The notes under the pieces are model-generated. The model saw only the letters and a program-made list of their open reading frames with translations, did not search any database and was not told the DNA's origin. 32,000 nucleotides of DNA from Candidatus Saccharimonadota bacterium (lineage in GTDB: Bacteria; Pseudomonadota; Gammaproteobacteria; Enterobacterales; Enterobacteriaceae), in assembly GCA_036689235.1 (NCBI GenBank), contig CP144769.1, positions 86,476-118,475 of the forward strand. Direction: 5' to 3'. The position numbers were made by a program, and so were the translations under genes. Every line of letters begins with the position of its first letter. Within the stretch, counting starts at the first letter, position 1. Below, in pieces: positions 1 to 12,429 of the stretch.

Positions 1-141
1 TTTATATATTTTTTTTTCATTATTTATTATAATTTTATTTTTTATTTGTTATTATTAATATATAAATTATTTTATTTAAGTTAAATATATTTTAATTTAT
101 ATTTTTAATAATATAAATTTATATTATTATTATTTATTAAT

Positions 142-1014
142 ATGACTAAAAATATTATTAATTCTAAATTATTTAATATAAATAGTTTAGATTCTTATAT
201 ATATAAGATTAATTCTTTACCTATATTATCTTTAGAAAAAGAGCATAAATTAATTACTAGATTTTATTATTATGGTGATTTAAAATCTATAAAAGAATTA
301 ATTTTATTAAATTTACGTTTTGTTATATATATAAGTAAAAATTATTCTGGTTATGGGTTATCTAGATTAGATTTAATTCAAGAAGGGAATATTGGTTTAA
401 TGAAATCTATAAAAAGATTTAATCCATTTTTTGGTGTTAGATTAATATCTTTTGCTATTTATTGAATTAAAGCAGAGATAAATAATTATATATTAAAAAA
501 TTGAAAAATTGTAAGAATTGCTACTACTAAATCTCAACGTAAATTATTTTTTAATTTAAGAAAAATTAAAAAAAAAATGGGTTGATTTAATAATAAAGAA
601 ATAAATTTTATTTCTAATAAATTAAATGTTTCTAAAAAAGATATAATAAATATGGAATATAGAATGTTTAGTAAAGATGTAGAAATAGATTTTTGTAAAA
701 ATAATTTATTTTATAATAATAAAGTATTTTTAAGTGTATTAGGAGATAAAAATTCTAATTTTGCTAATAATATAGAAATATATAATTGAAAAAAATATAT
801 TTTAAAAAAATTAAAAATAGCTTTGAGTTTATTAGATAAAAGAAGTAAATATATAATTATTTCTAGATGATTAAATAATAAAAAAAAAAAAACATTAAAA
901 AAATTAGCTAAATATTATTCAGTATCTGCTGAAAGAATTCGTCAAATAGAAAAAAGTGCTATGGAAAAAATTAAAATATTTTTAAAAAATGAAAATAATA
1001 TTTTAAAAAAATAA
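142..1014 (+). CDS. rpoH: RNA polymerase sigma-32 (heat-shock sigma factor RpoH), 290 aa with 5 in-frame TGA=Trp
   Basis: ATG at 142 and TAA at 1012-1014. I retranslated frame 1 through TGAs at 463, 502, 583, 787 and 868 with no TAA/TAG. It contains the RpoH-box-like 'TKSQRKLFFNLRK', region 2 'LIQEGNIGLMKSIKRFNP' and region 4.2 'YYSVSAERIRQIEKSAMEKI'. Confidence 0.93.
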
Positions 1015-1053
1015 ATATTATTTATTATTAATAATTTAAATTATAGGTTATTT

Positions 1054-1578
1054 GTGACTACTATATTAAGTGTTAGAAGAAAAAATTTAGTTGTTATGGG
1101 TGGAGATGGTCAAGCTACTTTTGGTAATACAATTTTAAAAAGTAATGTAAAAAAAGTTCGTAAATTATATTCAAACAAAATTATTGCTGGTTTTGCTGGA
1201 GGAACTGCAGATGCTTTTACTTTATTTGAATGTTTTGAAAAAAAATTAGAAATTTATCAAGGTCATATAATAAAATCTGCTGTTGAATTAGCTAAAGATT
1301 GAAGAACTGATAGAACTTTAAGAAGATTAGAAGCATTATTAGCTATTGCTGATATAAAATATTCTTTAATAATAACTGGTAATGGAGATATAATTCAACC
1401 TGAAAATAATTTAATTGCTATTGGTAGTGGAGGATCTTATGCTTTAGCTTCTGCAAGATCTTTATTAGAAAATACCAATTTAGATGCTAATTGTATAGTA
1501 AAAAAATCTTTATCTATTTCTGCTGATATATGTTTATATACTAATCATCATTTTACTATAGAAGAATTATATTATTAA
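1054..1578 (+). CDS. hslV: ATP-dependent protease subunit HslV, 174 aa, GTG start
   Basis: GTG at 1054 gives '[38 protein letters not shown]', the classic HslV N-terminus with the Thr nucleophile after Met. There is one TGA=Trp at 1300 and the stop is TAA at 1576-1578. It starts only 39 nt downstream of rpoH. Confidence 0.95.
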
Positions 1579-1597
1579 TTTTATTAGAGATTAAAAT

Positions 1598-2917
1598 ATG
1601 TATAATGAAATGACTCCTAAAGAAATTGTAAATGAATTAAATAAATTTATTATTGGTCAAGAAAGTGCTAAAAAAGCTGTTGCTATTGCTTTAAGAAATA
1701 GATGACGTAGAATGCAATTAAGTAAAGAATTTCGTAATGAAATTACTCCTAAAAATATTTTAATGATAGGTCCTACAGGAGTGGGTAAAACTGAAATAGC
1801 GCGTCGTTTAGCTAAATTAAGTAATTCTCCTTTTATTAAAGTTGAAGCTACTAAATTTACTGAAGTAGGATATGTGGGTAAAGAAGTTGATTCTATTATT
1901 AGAGATTTAGTAGATTATGCTGTAAAAATGATTAAAAATCAAACTATAGAAATAAATATATTGAAAGCAAAAAAATTAGCTGAACAACGTATATTAAATA
2001 TTTTAGTTGAGAATTTAGATAAAGAAAATAATAAGGAATATATTATTAAAAAAGATTCTATATTATATAAATTACGTAAAGGTTATTTAGATAATAAAAT
2101 TATTGATATTAATATTAATATTCCTTCTTTAGGAATAGAAATAATGTCTCCACCTGGTATGGAAGAAATGACAAATCAATTACAATCAATATTTCGTAAT
2201 TTAAGTAGTAAAAAAAAAAAAATACGTAAATTAAAAATTAAAGATGCTATGAATTTACTTATTGAAGAAGAATCTTCTAAATTAGTTAATTTTGATAATG
2301 TTAAACGTAAAGCTATTAATTTAGTAGAACAACAAGGTATTGTATTTATTGATGAAATAGATAAAATTTGTAAAAGAGGAGAAATAAGTGATTCTGGAGT
2401 TTCAAGAGAAGGTGTACAAAGAGATTTATTACCTTTAGTTGAAGGTTGTACTGTATCTACTAAATATGGTGTTGTAAAAACTGATTATATATTATTTATA
2501 GCATCAGGATCATTTCAATTTTGTAATCCTTCTGATTTAATTCCTGAATTACAAGGAAGATTACCTATTAAAGTAGAATTAAATCCTTTAACTAATAAAG
2601 ATTTTGAAAAAATTTTAGTTGAACCTAATATTTCTCTTACATCTCAATATAAAAATTTATTAAAAGTTGAAGGTGTTAATATAAAATTTACTAATGATGG
2701 AATAAAATCTTTAGCTAATATTTCTTGAAAAATTAATGAAAATACTGATAATATAGGTGCAAGAAGATTACATACTGTTTTAGAAAAATTAATGGAAGAT
2801 ATATCTTTTAATGCTAATAATTATAAAGATAAATCTATTTTAATAGATTCTAAATATGTAAATTTAAAATTAAATAATTTAATTATAAATGAAGATTTAA
2901 GTAAATTTATATTGTAA
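1598..2917 (+). CDS. hslU: ATP-dependent protease ATPase subunit HslU, 439 aa
   Basis: ATG at 1598 gives '[41 protein letters not shown]', with the W encoded by TGA. Walker A is '[17 protein letters not shown]' and Walker B is '[11 protein letters not shown]'. A second TGA is at 2726 and the stop is TAA at 2915-2917. Confidence 0.95.
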
Positions 2918-2998
2918 ATATTATTATTTTTTTTTATAATTTATTATAATTATTTATTTTTTTGATTATAATAAAATTTGAAATTTAAAATTATAATT

Positions 2999-3274
2999 AT
3001 GGAATTAAAAAAATGAAATAGAAATATAGCTATATATATAGCTTTTAAAAATGGTATTATTTTAAATATACATTATTGAAGAATAATATTTTATTTTAGG
3101 TTTTTTTATATTAAGAATAATATTATTCCTAATATAAGAAATTTATTAAATTTTTTAAATAAAAAATATAATTGTAATTATGATAGTTTTTATTTATTAA
3201 AATTATTTCCTAAAGGTTTTATTAAACAAATTATTAAAATTACTTGTTTACCAAGTAATATTAGATGTTTTTAA
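2999..3274 (+). CDS. Hypothetical 91-aa protein visible only under code 4 (two in-frame TGA); no family recognised
   Basis: ATG at 2999 to TAA at 3272-3274 is open if the TGAs at 3014 and 3077 are Trp: 'MELKKWNRNIAIYIAFKNGIILNIHYWRIIF...FPKGFIKQIIKITCLPSNIRCF'. It fills the hslU-rpmE gap on the same strand as its neighbours. I recognise no motif, and AT-rich DNA yields chance ORFs. Confidence 0.3.
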
Positions 3275-3302
3275 TAATATTAAAATTTTATATTAAAATT
3301 AT

Positions 3303-3515
3303 ATGAAAAAAAAAATACATCCAAATATATTTTCTTTAAAAATAAATTGTTCATGTGGTAATATAATAAATATTTATTCTACATTAAAAAATAATTTTTT
3401 TATAGATATTTGTTATAAATGTCATTCTTATTATACAGGTAAACAAAAAATCTCTTTTTCTAAAGGTAGAATAGAAAATTTAAGAAAAAGATTTAGTTTA
3501 ATTAATATTAAATAA
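3303..3515 (+). CDS. rpmE: 50S ribosomal protein L31, 70 aa
   Basis: 'MKKKIHPNIF...CSCGN...CYKCHSYYTGKQK...GRIENLRKRF' matches the L31 CxxC/CxxH zinc-ribbon pattern and the 'FYTGKQ' motif. Confidence 0.93.
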   Translation: MKKKIHPNIFSLKINCSCGNIINIYSTLKNNFFIDICYKCHSYYTGKQKISFSKGRIENLRKRFSLINIK

Positions 3516-3533
3516 TTTTAATAAAAATTTTAT

Positions 3534-4790
3534 TTATATTTTTTTAATTTTTATTTTTAAATTACTAAATTTTTTTATTATATTTTCATAACCTCTATAA
3601 ATATGGTGTATAGATTTTATAATTGTTTTTCCATATGCTATACATCCTGCTAATAATAATGTTATAGAACATCTTAAATCTTTTGCTATTATTGTTTTTC
3701 CAAATATTTTTTTTACTCCATAACATATAATTTTATTATTTATAATTTTTATGTTTGCTCCCATTTTTTTTAATTCATTTATATGAGAAAATCTTTTTTT
3801 AAATATATTTTCTTTTATTATAGATTTTCCTTTTGATATGCTATTTAATAATGTAAATTGTGGTTGCATATCTGTGGGAAAATAAGGATATGGATTTGTT
3901 ATAATATTAATTGATTTACATTTTTTATTTTTCATATCTAATTTAATAAAATCATTTTTTATTTTTATTTTTGCTCCGCATAATTTTAATTTTTTTAATA
4001 TTATTTTTAATAAATTAGGATTTGTATTATAACAAATTATTTTTCCTTTAGATATAGCTGATGCTATTAAATATGTTCCTGTTTCTATTCTATCTGGTAA
4101 AATTTTATATTCACATGATGATAATACTTTTATTCCATATATTATTATTATATTTGTTCCTCCTCCGTATATTTTAGCTCCACATTTATTTAAAAAATTA
4201 ATCATATCTATTATTTCTGGTTCTTTTGAACAATTTTTTATTATAATTTTTCCTTTTACAAATATTGATATTAATATACTAGTTATTGTTGCTCCTACAC
4301 TTTTTTTTTTTAATAAAATTATATTTGATATTATTTTTTTTTTTATTTTAGCTTTTATTATATTATTTTTATATTTTATTTTTATTCCTAAATATTTTAA
4401 TATATCTAAATGTAAATTTATTGGTCTATTTTCTATATTACATCCTCCTGGAGTATCTAAAATTATTTTATTACATCTTATTAATATTGTTGGTAATAAT
4501 CATATTGATGCTCTTATTTTTTTAATTAATTTTTTTGGAATATAGTTATTATTTATATATTTTGCGTTTATTATTATTATATTTTTTTCTTTTTTTATTT
4601 TTATACCTATTTTTTTAAATATTTTTAAAGTTATACTTATATCTTTTAAATTTGGTATATTTTTAATTATTATTTCTTTTTTAATTAATAAACAACTATA
4701 TAATATTGGTAAAGCTGAATTTTTTGATCCTGATATTTTTACTTCTCCTTGTATTTTATTTGGTCCTAATATTATAAATTTTTTTTTCAT
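3534..4790 (-). CDS. murA: UDP-N-acetylglucosamine 1-carboxyvinyltransferase MurA, 418 aa
   Basis: The two track ORFs (4500..4790 and 3534..4205) are in the same frame. My retranslation of 4206-4499 found no TAA/TAG, and the only break is a TGA at 4500-4502. The junction reads 'IRASIWLLPTILIRCNKIILDTPGGCNIENRPINLHL', equivalent to MurA 'RASIW..GPL..R......PGGC.IG.RP.DLH'. Confidence 0.93.
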
Positions 4791-5163
4791 ATTTATTATT
4801 TTTATTTTATTTTATTATTTTAAAATACATTTTTTTTTTCTTTAATTAAATTATTTATTATAATTTTATTTTTTTTTATTAAATATTATAGTATTATTTG
4901 TATTAATGAATTAAATATATATTATTTAATTATTATATTTATTTATATTTAATATATTATATAATTTGTTATAATTATTATAAATATATATATATGTATA
5001 TATATTAAAAAGAATGTATTATTTATGTTTCAATTATATATTTTATTATTTAAAAAAAATATTATAATATAAAATATAATTTTAAATTGTATTTGTTTAT
5101 TTTTATATTAATATATATTATTAATATTAATAATAATTTATTTATTTTTTATATATTTTATTT

Positions 5164-6090
5164 ATGAAATATAAATCTGCTTTTTTAAATAATATTAAAA
5201 ATTATTTAAATATTAAAAAAAATGGAGTATATATAGATTGTACATTTGGTTCTGGTTATCATTCTTTTGAAATATTAAATTATTTAAATAAAAATGGTAA
5301 ATTATATTCTTTTGATTGTGATCCTATTTCTATTAAAAAAGGAAAAAAAAAAATTAATGATTATCGTATAAAATTAATAAATGATAATTTTTCTAATTTA
5401 AAATATTATATAAATTATTATAATTTATATAAAAAAATTAATGGTATAATTTTTGATTTGGGATTATCTAATATTCAGTTAGATAATTCTAATAGAGGAT
5501 TTTCATTTTTAAAAAATGGTCCATTAGATATGAGAATGAATCAAAATTTAGGTTTTCCTTTAAAAAAATGAATTAATAATGCTAAAGAAAAAGATATTTA
5601 TAATGTTATTAAAAAATATGGTCAAGATTATAATTCTAAGAAAATATCAAAGAATATATTTTTATATTGTAAAAAAAATAAATTATGTACTACTTATGAA
5701 TTATCTAAAATTATTAAATATTCTATAAAATCTTATAAAGATTATAAAAGTAAAGCTAGAGTTTTTCAAGCTTTTAGAATATTTATTAATAATGAATTAT
5801 CTAATTTAAAAAGTTCTTTATATGAATCTTATAAATTTTTATCTAAAAAAGGTAGATTAGTTGTAATTAGTTTTAATTCTTTAGAAGATAAAATAGTAAA
5901 AAAATTTATTAAAAAGAAATCAGATAGTAATTATAATTTATTAAATGGTATTCCTTTAACTTTTAATCAAATTAAAAATTTTAATCCTTCTAAATTAATA
6001 AATTTAGGTAAATTTAAACCTTCTAAAAAAGATATTTTTAATAATTCTAGAATAAGAAGTGCTATATTAAGAGTTGCTGAAAAAATTTAA
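5164..6090 (+). CDS. rsmH: 16S rRNA (cytosine1402-N4)-methyltransferase RsmH/MraW, 308 aa
   Basis: The sequence shows 'GVYIDCTFGSGYHSFEIL', 'GPLDMRMN', 'ARVFQAFRIFINNEL' and 'GRLVVISFNSLEDKIVKKF', with C-terminus 'NSRIRSAILRVAEKI'. There is one TGA at 5569. I retranslated frame 1 to the TAA at 6088-6090. Confidence 0.9.
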
Positions 6091-6115
6091 TTTTTTTTTT
6101 AATAAGGAATTTTAT

Positions 6116-7615
6116 TTGAAAAAAAAATTTTTAAAAGATATTTTATTTAAATATTTTAATAAAAATATTAGTTTTCCTAAAATTTTTATAAATAATATAA
6201 AAATTGATAGTAGATTAGTTAAGAAAAATGATTTATTTGTAGCTTTAAAAGGTTATAAAGAAAATGGTAAAAAATATATTTACAATGCTTTATTAAATGG
6301 TGCAATAGCTGTATTAACTTATTCTAAAATAAATAAAAATTATTTTTTTTTTAATTTAAAATATAAAATATTTATTTTTTTTATTTATAAATTAAATAAT
6401 TTTTTATCTGAAATTATAGGTAATTTTTATAATAATCCAAGTAAAAAAATGTTTTTATTTGGTGTTACTGGAACTAATGGTAAAACAACTGTCGTTAATT
6501 TTATTTCAAATTGGATTAATTTATTAAATTATAAAGTTTCTGTTTTAAGTACTTTAGGTAATGGAATATATAATAATTTACATTATTCATTAAATACTAC
6601 AAGTTCTGTTTTAGATACTCAATTAGAATTAAAAAATCATTATAATATGGGTGCTAAATTTTCTTGTATTGAAGTATCGTCACATTCATTAGTACAAAAT
6701 CGTATAAAATCATTATATTTTAATTGTGCTGTATTTACTAATTTAAGTTTAGATCATTTAGATTATCATAAAAATTTTAAAAATTATGAATTAGCTAAAC
6801 GTAAATTATTTTTTGATTTTAATATTAAAAATTTAATTATTAATATAGATGATCCTATAGGATTTAAATGATTTAAAGAATTAAAAAGTGAATATGTTAT
6901 TCCAGTAACATTTAATAAAAAAAATATTATTTATTTTAAATATAGATGATTATATGTTAAAAAAATTATTTATTTTGGTTTTTTAAAAAAAGTTTATTTT
7001 AAATCTTTTTTAGGAAATGGTATATTAAATTTTTTTTTCCCTGGTAATTTTAATATTATAAATGCTATATTAAGTTTTACATCTTTATTATCATTAAATT
7101 TTAATATTTATGATTTATTAAATGTAAGTAAATATTTAGATTTACCTGAAGGTAGAATGGAATTTTTTTATCGTAAAAAAAAACCTTTATTTATAGTTGA
7201 TTTTGCTCATACTCCTATAGCTTTAAAAAATATTTTAATAGAATGTAGAAAATATTGTTTAGGTAAATTATGATGTATTTTTGGTTGTACTGGTAATAGA
7301 GATAAAAGTAAAAGACCTTTAATGGGTTATATAGCTAAAAATTATTCTGATATAGTTATTATTACTAATGATGATTTATATTTTGAAGATGAAGATTTAA
7401 TATTAAAAGATATTAAATCAGGTATAAATAATTTTAATAATGTTTATATTATATTAAATAGAATTTTAGCAATTAAATTTTCTTTTATAAATTCAAATTA
7501 TAATGATGTTATATTAGTTGCAGGTAAAGGTCATGAAAAATATAGTTTTTTTTTAAATAATAAAATTAAATATTCTGATAGATATTTTATAAAAAAAATA
7601 TTAAGGAAATATTAA
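6116..7615 (+). CDS. murE: UDP-N-acetylmuramoyl-L-alanyl-D-glutamate--2,6-diaminopimelate ligase MurE (start uncertain: TTG 6116 or TTG 6074)
   Basis: Frame 2 is open from 6074 to TAA at 7613-7615, through TGAs at 6869, 6947 and 7271. TTG at 6116 is preceded by 'AAGGAA' at 6104-6109; TTG at 6074 would overlap rsmH. Motifs are 'GVTGTNGKTT', 'EVSSHSL', 'FTNLSLDHLDYH', 'DFAHTP' and 'WCIFGCTGNRDKSKRPLMG'. Confidence 0.88.
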
Positions 7616-8967
7616 TGAAAAATTTAAGTTTATTAAAAATATCAAATATTACTAATTCAATTTTATTAGGAAAAAATATATATATTAAAAATATTTCTAT
7701 TGATACAAGAAAAGATAATATAAGTAATTCTTTATTTATAGTTATTAGAGGTATTTACAAAAAAGAGTTTTTATGTTTTGAAGCTATTAAAAAAGGTGCT
7801 GTAGCTTTACTTATAGATTTTTATTTACCTATATTTAAAATACCTTTATTAATAACTAAAAATACTAAAATAGCTTTAGGAAAAATATCTTCTTGGTTAA
7901 GAAAAAAATGTAATTCTAAAGTAATTTGTATTACTGGTAGTACTGGTAAAACATCTACCAAAGAAATATTAGTTAATATTTTAAAACAATCAAATTCTAT
8001 ATTATATAATCTTTATAATTTTAATAATGAATTAGGTATACCTATTACATTATTAAATTTACAATATTTAAAATATAAATATATAATCTTAGAATTAGGT
8101 AGTAATTCAATTGGAGATATTGATTATTTATCTAAAATAACTTTACCTAATATTTCTTGTATTACTAATATTTCTATTTCTCATTTAAATGGTTTTAAAA
8201 AATTTAAAAATATTATAATAGATAAAGGTAAAATTTTTAAATATTTATTAAAAAATGGAATTGCTATTTTAAATATTAATTATTTTTTTTATAATTATTG
8301 AAAAAAATATTTGTTATATAAAAAAAAAATATTTTATAATATTTTAGATTTTTATAAATGTAATGTATTTTTAAATAATTTTAAATTTAGTATTCTTGGT
8401 ACTTATTTTACTATTAATACAATATATGGTAAACAAAAAATATTTACTAAATTATTAGGAATTCATAATATTACCAATATTTTATTATCTATTATTTTAT
8501 CTTTATATTTAGAAGTAAATATAAAAGATATAAAATTAGGTTTAGAAAGTTTATTACCAATTAAAGGTAGATTATATCCTATATATTTAAATAAAAAAAA
8601 AATAATATTAGATGATTCTTATAATTGTAATCCTAGATCATTATATTTTAGTATAAATTTTTTACAAAAATGTAGTGGTTATAAATTATTGGTTATTTCT
8701 GATATGTTTGATTTAAGTTATATGTCTTTATATTGTCATAAATATATTGGAACTTTAATAAGAAAAAAATTTTTTATTGATAAAGTATTAAGTATAGGTA
8801 AATATAGTTATTATATTAGTAAATATAGTAAGATAGGTGAACATTTTAATAATTTTAATAAATTATTAATAAGAATTAAATATATATTAAAATGTAATAA
8901 TGAAATTATTATTTTAATTAAAGGTTCTAATATATTTAATATGAATAAAATAATTAATTTTTTATAG
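7615..8967 (+). CDS. murF: UDP-N-acetylmuramoyl-tripeptide--D-alanyl-D-alanine ligase MurF, 450 aa
   Basis: The ATG at 7615 overlaps the murE stop (TAATG). Motifs are 'ISIDTRK', 'ITGSTGKTSTKE', 'ILELGSNSIGDIDYL' and 'DDSYNCNP'. There is one TGA at 8299 and the stop is TAG at 8965-8967. Confidence 0.86.
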
Positions 8968-8974
8968 GTAAAAT

Positions 8975-10021
8975 ATGTTTTATACTACTTTTTTAAAATT
9001 ATTTTTATTTGATTTTTTTTTACCTTTTTTTTTATCTTTTTTAATATCTTTTGATTTAATAAAATATTTTATATTTATTTTTAATAATTTAAATTTTTTT
9101 CAAAATATACGTAATTTTTTACCTAATAATCATATTTTAAAAAATAAAATTCCCACTATGGGTGGTTTAATAATTTTAATTTGTTTTTTTTTAATTTTTT
9201 TTTTATTTTTTTATAAGATTTATAATTTTGATATATTTATATTATTTTTATTTTTTGTTTTAAATGCATTAATAGGATTATTAGATGATTGTATGAAATG
9301 TTTTATATTAAATTCTAGTGGTTTATCAATATTTAATAAATATATTTTGCAATCTTTTGTATCTATTTTATATATTTTTTATTTATATAAAAGAAATATT
9401 TTTTTAGATTCATTCTTTAATTTTTATTATTTAAAATTTAATATTAATTATATTTATTTTTTTTTATTATATTTTATTTTAATAGGAATATCTAATTCTG
9501 TTAATATTACTGATGGTTTAGATGGTTTAGTTGTTTTTCCATTAATTTTAAATTTCATATTTTTATTGATTGTATGTATTAATAAATATTTATTTATAAT
9601 TAATTTTTTTTTAGTTAATTATGAATATTTAATATTCATTAAATATTTAATTATATCTATTAGTATTATTATAGGTATATTATTTTCTTTTTTATATTAT
9701 AATTTTAATCCTGCTAAAATTTTTTTAGGAGATGTAGGTTCTTTGTCTTTAGGATTTATTTTATCGATTATTTTTATTTTATTAAAGAAAAAAAAATTTA
9801 TATTAATAAATAGTTTTATTTTTATAATTGAAATTATTTCAGTTATGTTACAAATTTTTTCATTTTATTTTTTAAATAAAAGAATATTTTTAATGGCTCC
9901 TTTACATCATCATTATGAATTATTAAATTATAAAGAAAAAAATATAGTATTTATTTTTTGATTTTTTTCATTTATTTTATTTATAATTTCTTTATTTTTA
10001 TATTTTAAAATTTATGTATAA
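8975..10021 (+). CDS. mraY: Phospho-N-acetylmuramoyl-pentapeptide transferase MraY, 348 aa
   Basis: This is a polytopic hydrophobic protein with 'KNKIPTMGGLIIL', 'GLLDDCMK', 'NSVNITDGLDGL', 'FLGDVGSLSLG' and 'MAPLHHHYEL'. There is one TGA at 9959 and the stop is TAA at 10019-10021. Confidence 0.9.
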
Positions 10022-11330
10022 TTATAATAACAAAAATATAGTTGTTTTAGGTGCTGGATTAACTGGTTTATCTTGTATAAACTATTTTATTTCATTAAAT
10101 ATATATCCTAAATTAATGGATTTTAATTATATTAATAATATTTCAGTACCTAATGGTATAGAATATTGTTTTGGATATTTAAATGAAAATTGATTATTAA
10201 ATTCTGATTTAATAATTATTAGTCCTGGAATATCTTCTTATCATTATTTAATTATTAAAGCAAAAAAAATTGGTATAGAAATTATTAATGATATAGAAAT
10301 ATTTTGTAGAATAAATAAAAAACCTATTATATCTATAACTGGAACTAATGGTAAAAGTACTGTTGTATCTTTATTATTTAATATATTTAAATCTTATAAT
10401 ATTAATGTATCTTTAGGTGGTAATATTGGTATTCCTGTATTAAATTTATTAAATAATAATAGTGATTTATATATATTAGAAATTTCTAGTTTTCAATTAG
10501 AATATACATATTCTTTAAAGTCTATTTGTTCTTGTATTTTAAATATTACTTATGATCATATGGATAGATATGTATCTTTTCAAGATTATTTTTTTTGTAA
10601 ATTTAAAATTTTTAATAATTCTAAATATTGTATATTAAATTTTAATGATAAAGAAATACTTTTTAAAAATATTTTAGATAGAAAAGTTATTACATTTGGT
10701 TATTATATAGGTGATTATTATATTAATGAAATAAATAACAATTTATATTTATCTAAAAATAATTATAATTATATAAATATAAAATATATTTATTTAAAAG
10801 GTATTTTTAATTATTTAAATATGTTAGTTGTTATTTGTATTTCAGAAATTTTTAAAATTCCTAAAAAAATTATTTTAAATAATTTAATTAATTTTAAAGG
10901 ATTATCTCATAGATTTTGTATAATTAAAAATAAAAGTAATATTTTAATTATTAATGATTCTAAATCTACTAATATAGATAGTACATTATCTTCTTTAAAT
11001 AATTTACCTAATATAAAAGGTAAAATATGATTATTAATGGGTGGTGATAATAAAAATGTTAATTTTAAAAAATTTTTAAAACCTAATTTATTATTTTATA
11101 AAAATTTATTTATTTGTTGTTATGGAAAAAGTAAGAATATAATATTTGATTTAATTCCTAATATTTCTTTTAAATTTAATTTTTTATGTGATATTATAAA
11201 ATTTATTTCAATTAATGTTAAATATAATGATATAATCTTATTTTCACCAGGATGTTCTAGTTTAGATCAATTTAATAATTATAAAGAAAGAGGTATAGAA
11301 TTTATTAAATTAATTAATAAATATTTTTAA
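10014..11330 (+). CDS. murD: UDP-N-acetylmuramoylalanine--D-glutamate ligase MurD, 438 aa
   Basis: The ATG at 10014 overlaps the mraY end by 8 nt. The sequence shows 'NIVVLGAGLTGLSCINYF', 'ISPGIS', 'ITGTNGKSTV', 'LEISSFQLE' and 'NITYDHMDRY'. TGAs are at 10188 and 11028. I retranslated frame 3 with no TAA/TAG. Confidence 0.88.
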
Positions 11331-11350
11331 TAAATTTTTATATTTTATTT

Positions 11351-12397
11351 ATGAAAATAAATCGTGTAATGATTATTACTGGTGGTACTGGTGGTCATAT
11401 ATTTCCTGGTTTAGTTATAGCTAAATATTTAAAAAAAAATGGATGTTTAATAAAATGAATAGGTAGTAAAAATAGATTAGAATCTATTTTAGTTCCTAAA
11501 TTTAATATAAATATTGAATGTATATATATTCCTTATTTTAAAAATTATATTAATTTATTTTATTATATTAAATCTATATATTTAATAATAAAAAAAATAA
11601 AGTTTTGGAAACCTGATTTAATTTTAGGTTTTGGTGGATACATATCTTTTTGTGGTATTATTTCTGCATGATTATGTAATATTAATAATATAATACATGA
11701 ACAAAATTCTATTTTAGGTTTTTCAAATAAAATATTATATTATTTTTCTACTAAAAAATTACAAGCTTTTCCTAATACTTTTAATTCTAATATTGCTATT
11801 ACTGTTGGTAATCCTATTAGAAAAGAAATATTATCTATTAAACCTCCTAATATTAGATTAATTAATCGAAGAGGTAAAATTAATATATTAATTATTGGAG
11901 GTAGTCAAGGTTCTGAAATTATAAATAATGTAATTTTTAAAATTATAAAAATTTTAAATATGAATAAATATTTATTTTTTCATCAAGTTGGTTTTTTAGG
12001 TTATAAAAAAAATATAAAATTAATAAATAGTATAAATAATATTAATAATTATAGATGTGTTAGTTTTATATATAATATACATAAATTTTATAGTTGAGCT
12101 GATTTAATAATATGTAGATCTGGTGCATTAACAATAAGTGAAATTAGTAATATAGGATTAGCTTCTATTTTAATACCTTTAGTTAATAAAGATAATCATC
12201 AATATTATAATGCTAAATTTTTATCTAAAAATAATTCTGCTATTATAATAAATGAGAATATATTAAATGAATTTTTATTAGCTAATATAATATTAAAATT
12301 AAATAGAAAAAAATTATTTAATATGTCTAATTTATCATATTTAAATAGAATAAAAAATCCTAATAAAAAATTTATTAAAGAAATATATAATATTTAA
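11351..12397 (+). CDS. murG: Undecaprenyldiphospho-muramoylpentapeptide beta-N-acetylglucosaminyltransferase MurG, 348 aa (absent from the standard-code ORF track)
   Basis: I retranslated frame 2 from ATG 11351 to TAA 12395-12397. It is open apart from TGAs at 11456, 11669 and 12104. The sequence shows '[20 protein letters not shown]', 'WIGSKNRLE', '[10 protein letters not shown]' and '[28 protein letters not shown]'. Confidence 0.88.
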
Positions 12398-12429
12398 ATA
12401 TATAATAATTAATATTATGAGATAATTAA

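Noticed and set aside
1-20. Possible start of a minus-strand gene ('cat' at 18-20, giving ATG AAA AAA AAA TAT ATA...) running off the left edge.
   Set aside because: Only about 6 codons are visible, so it cannot be distinguished from noise.
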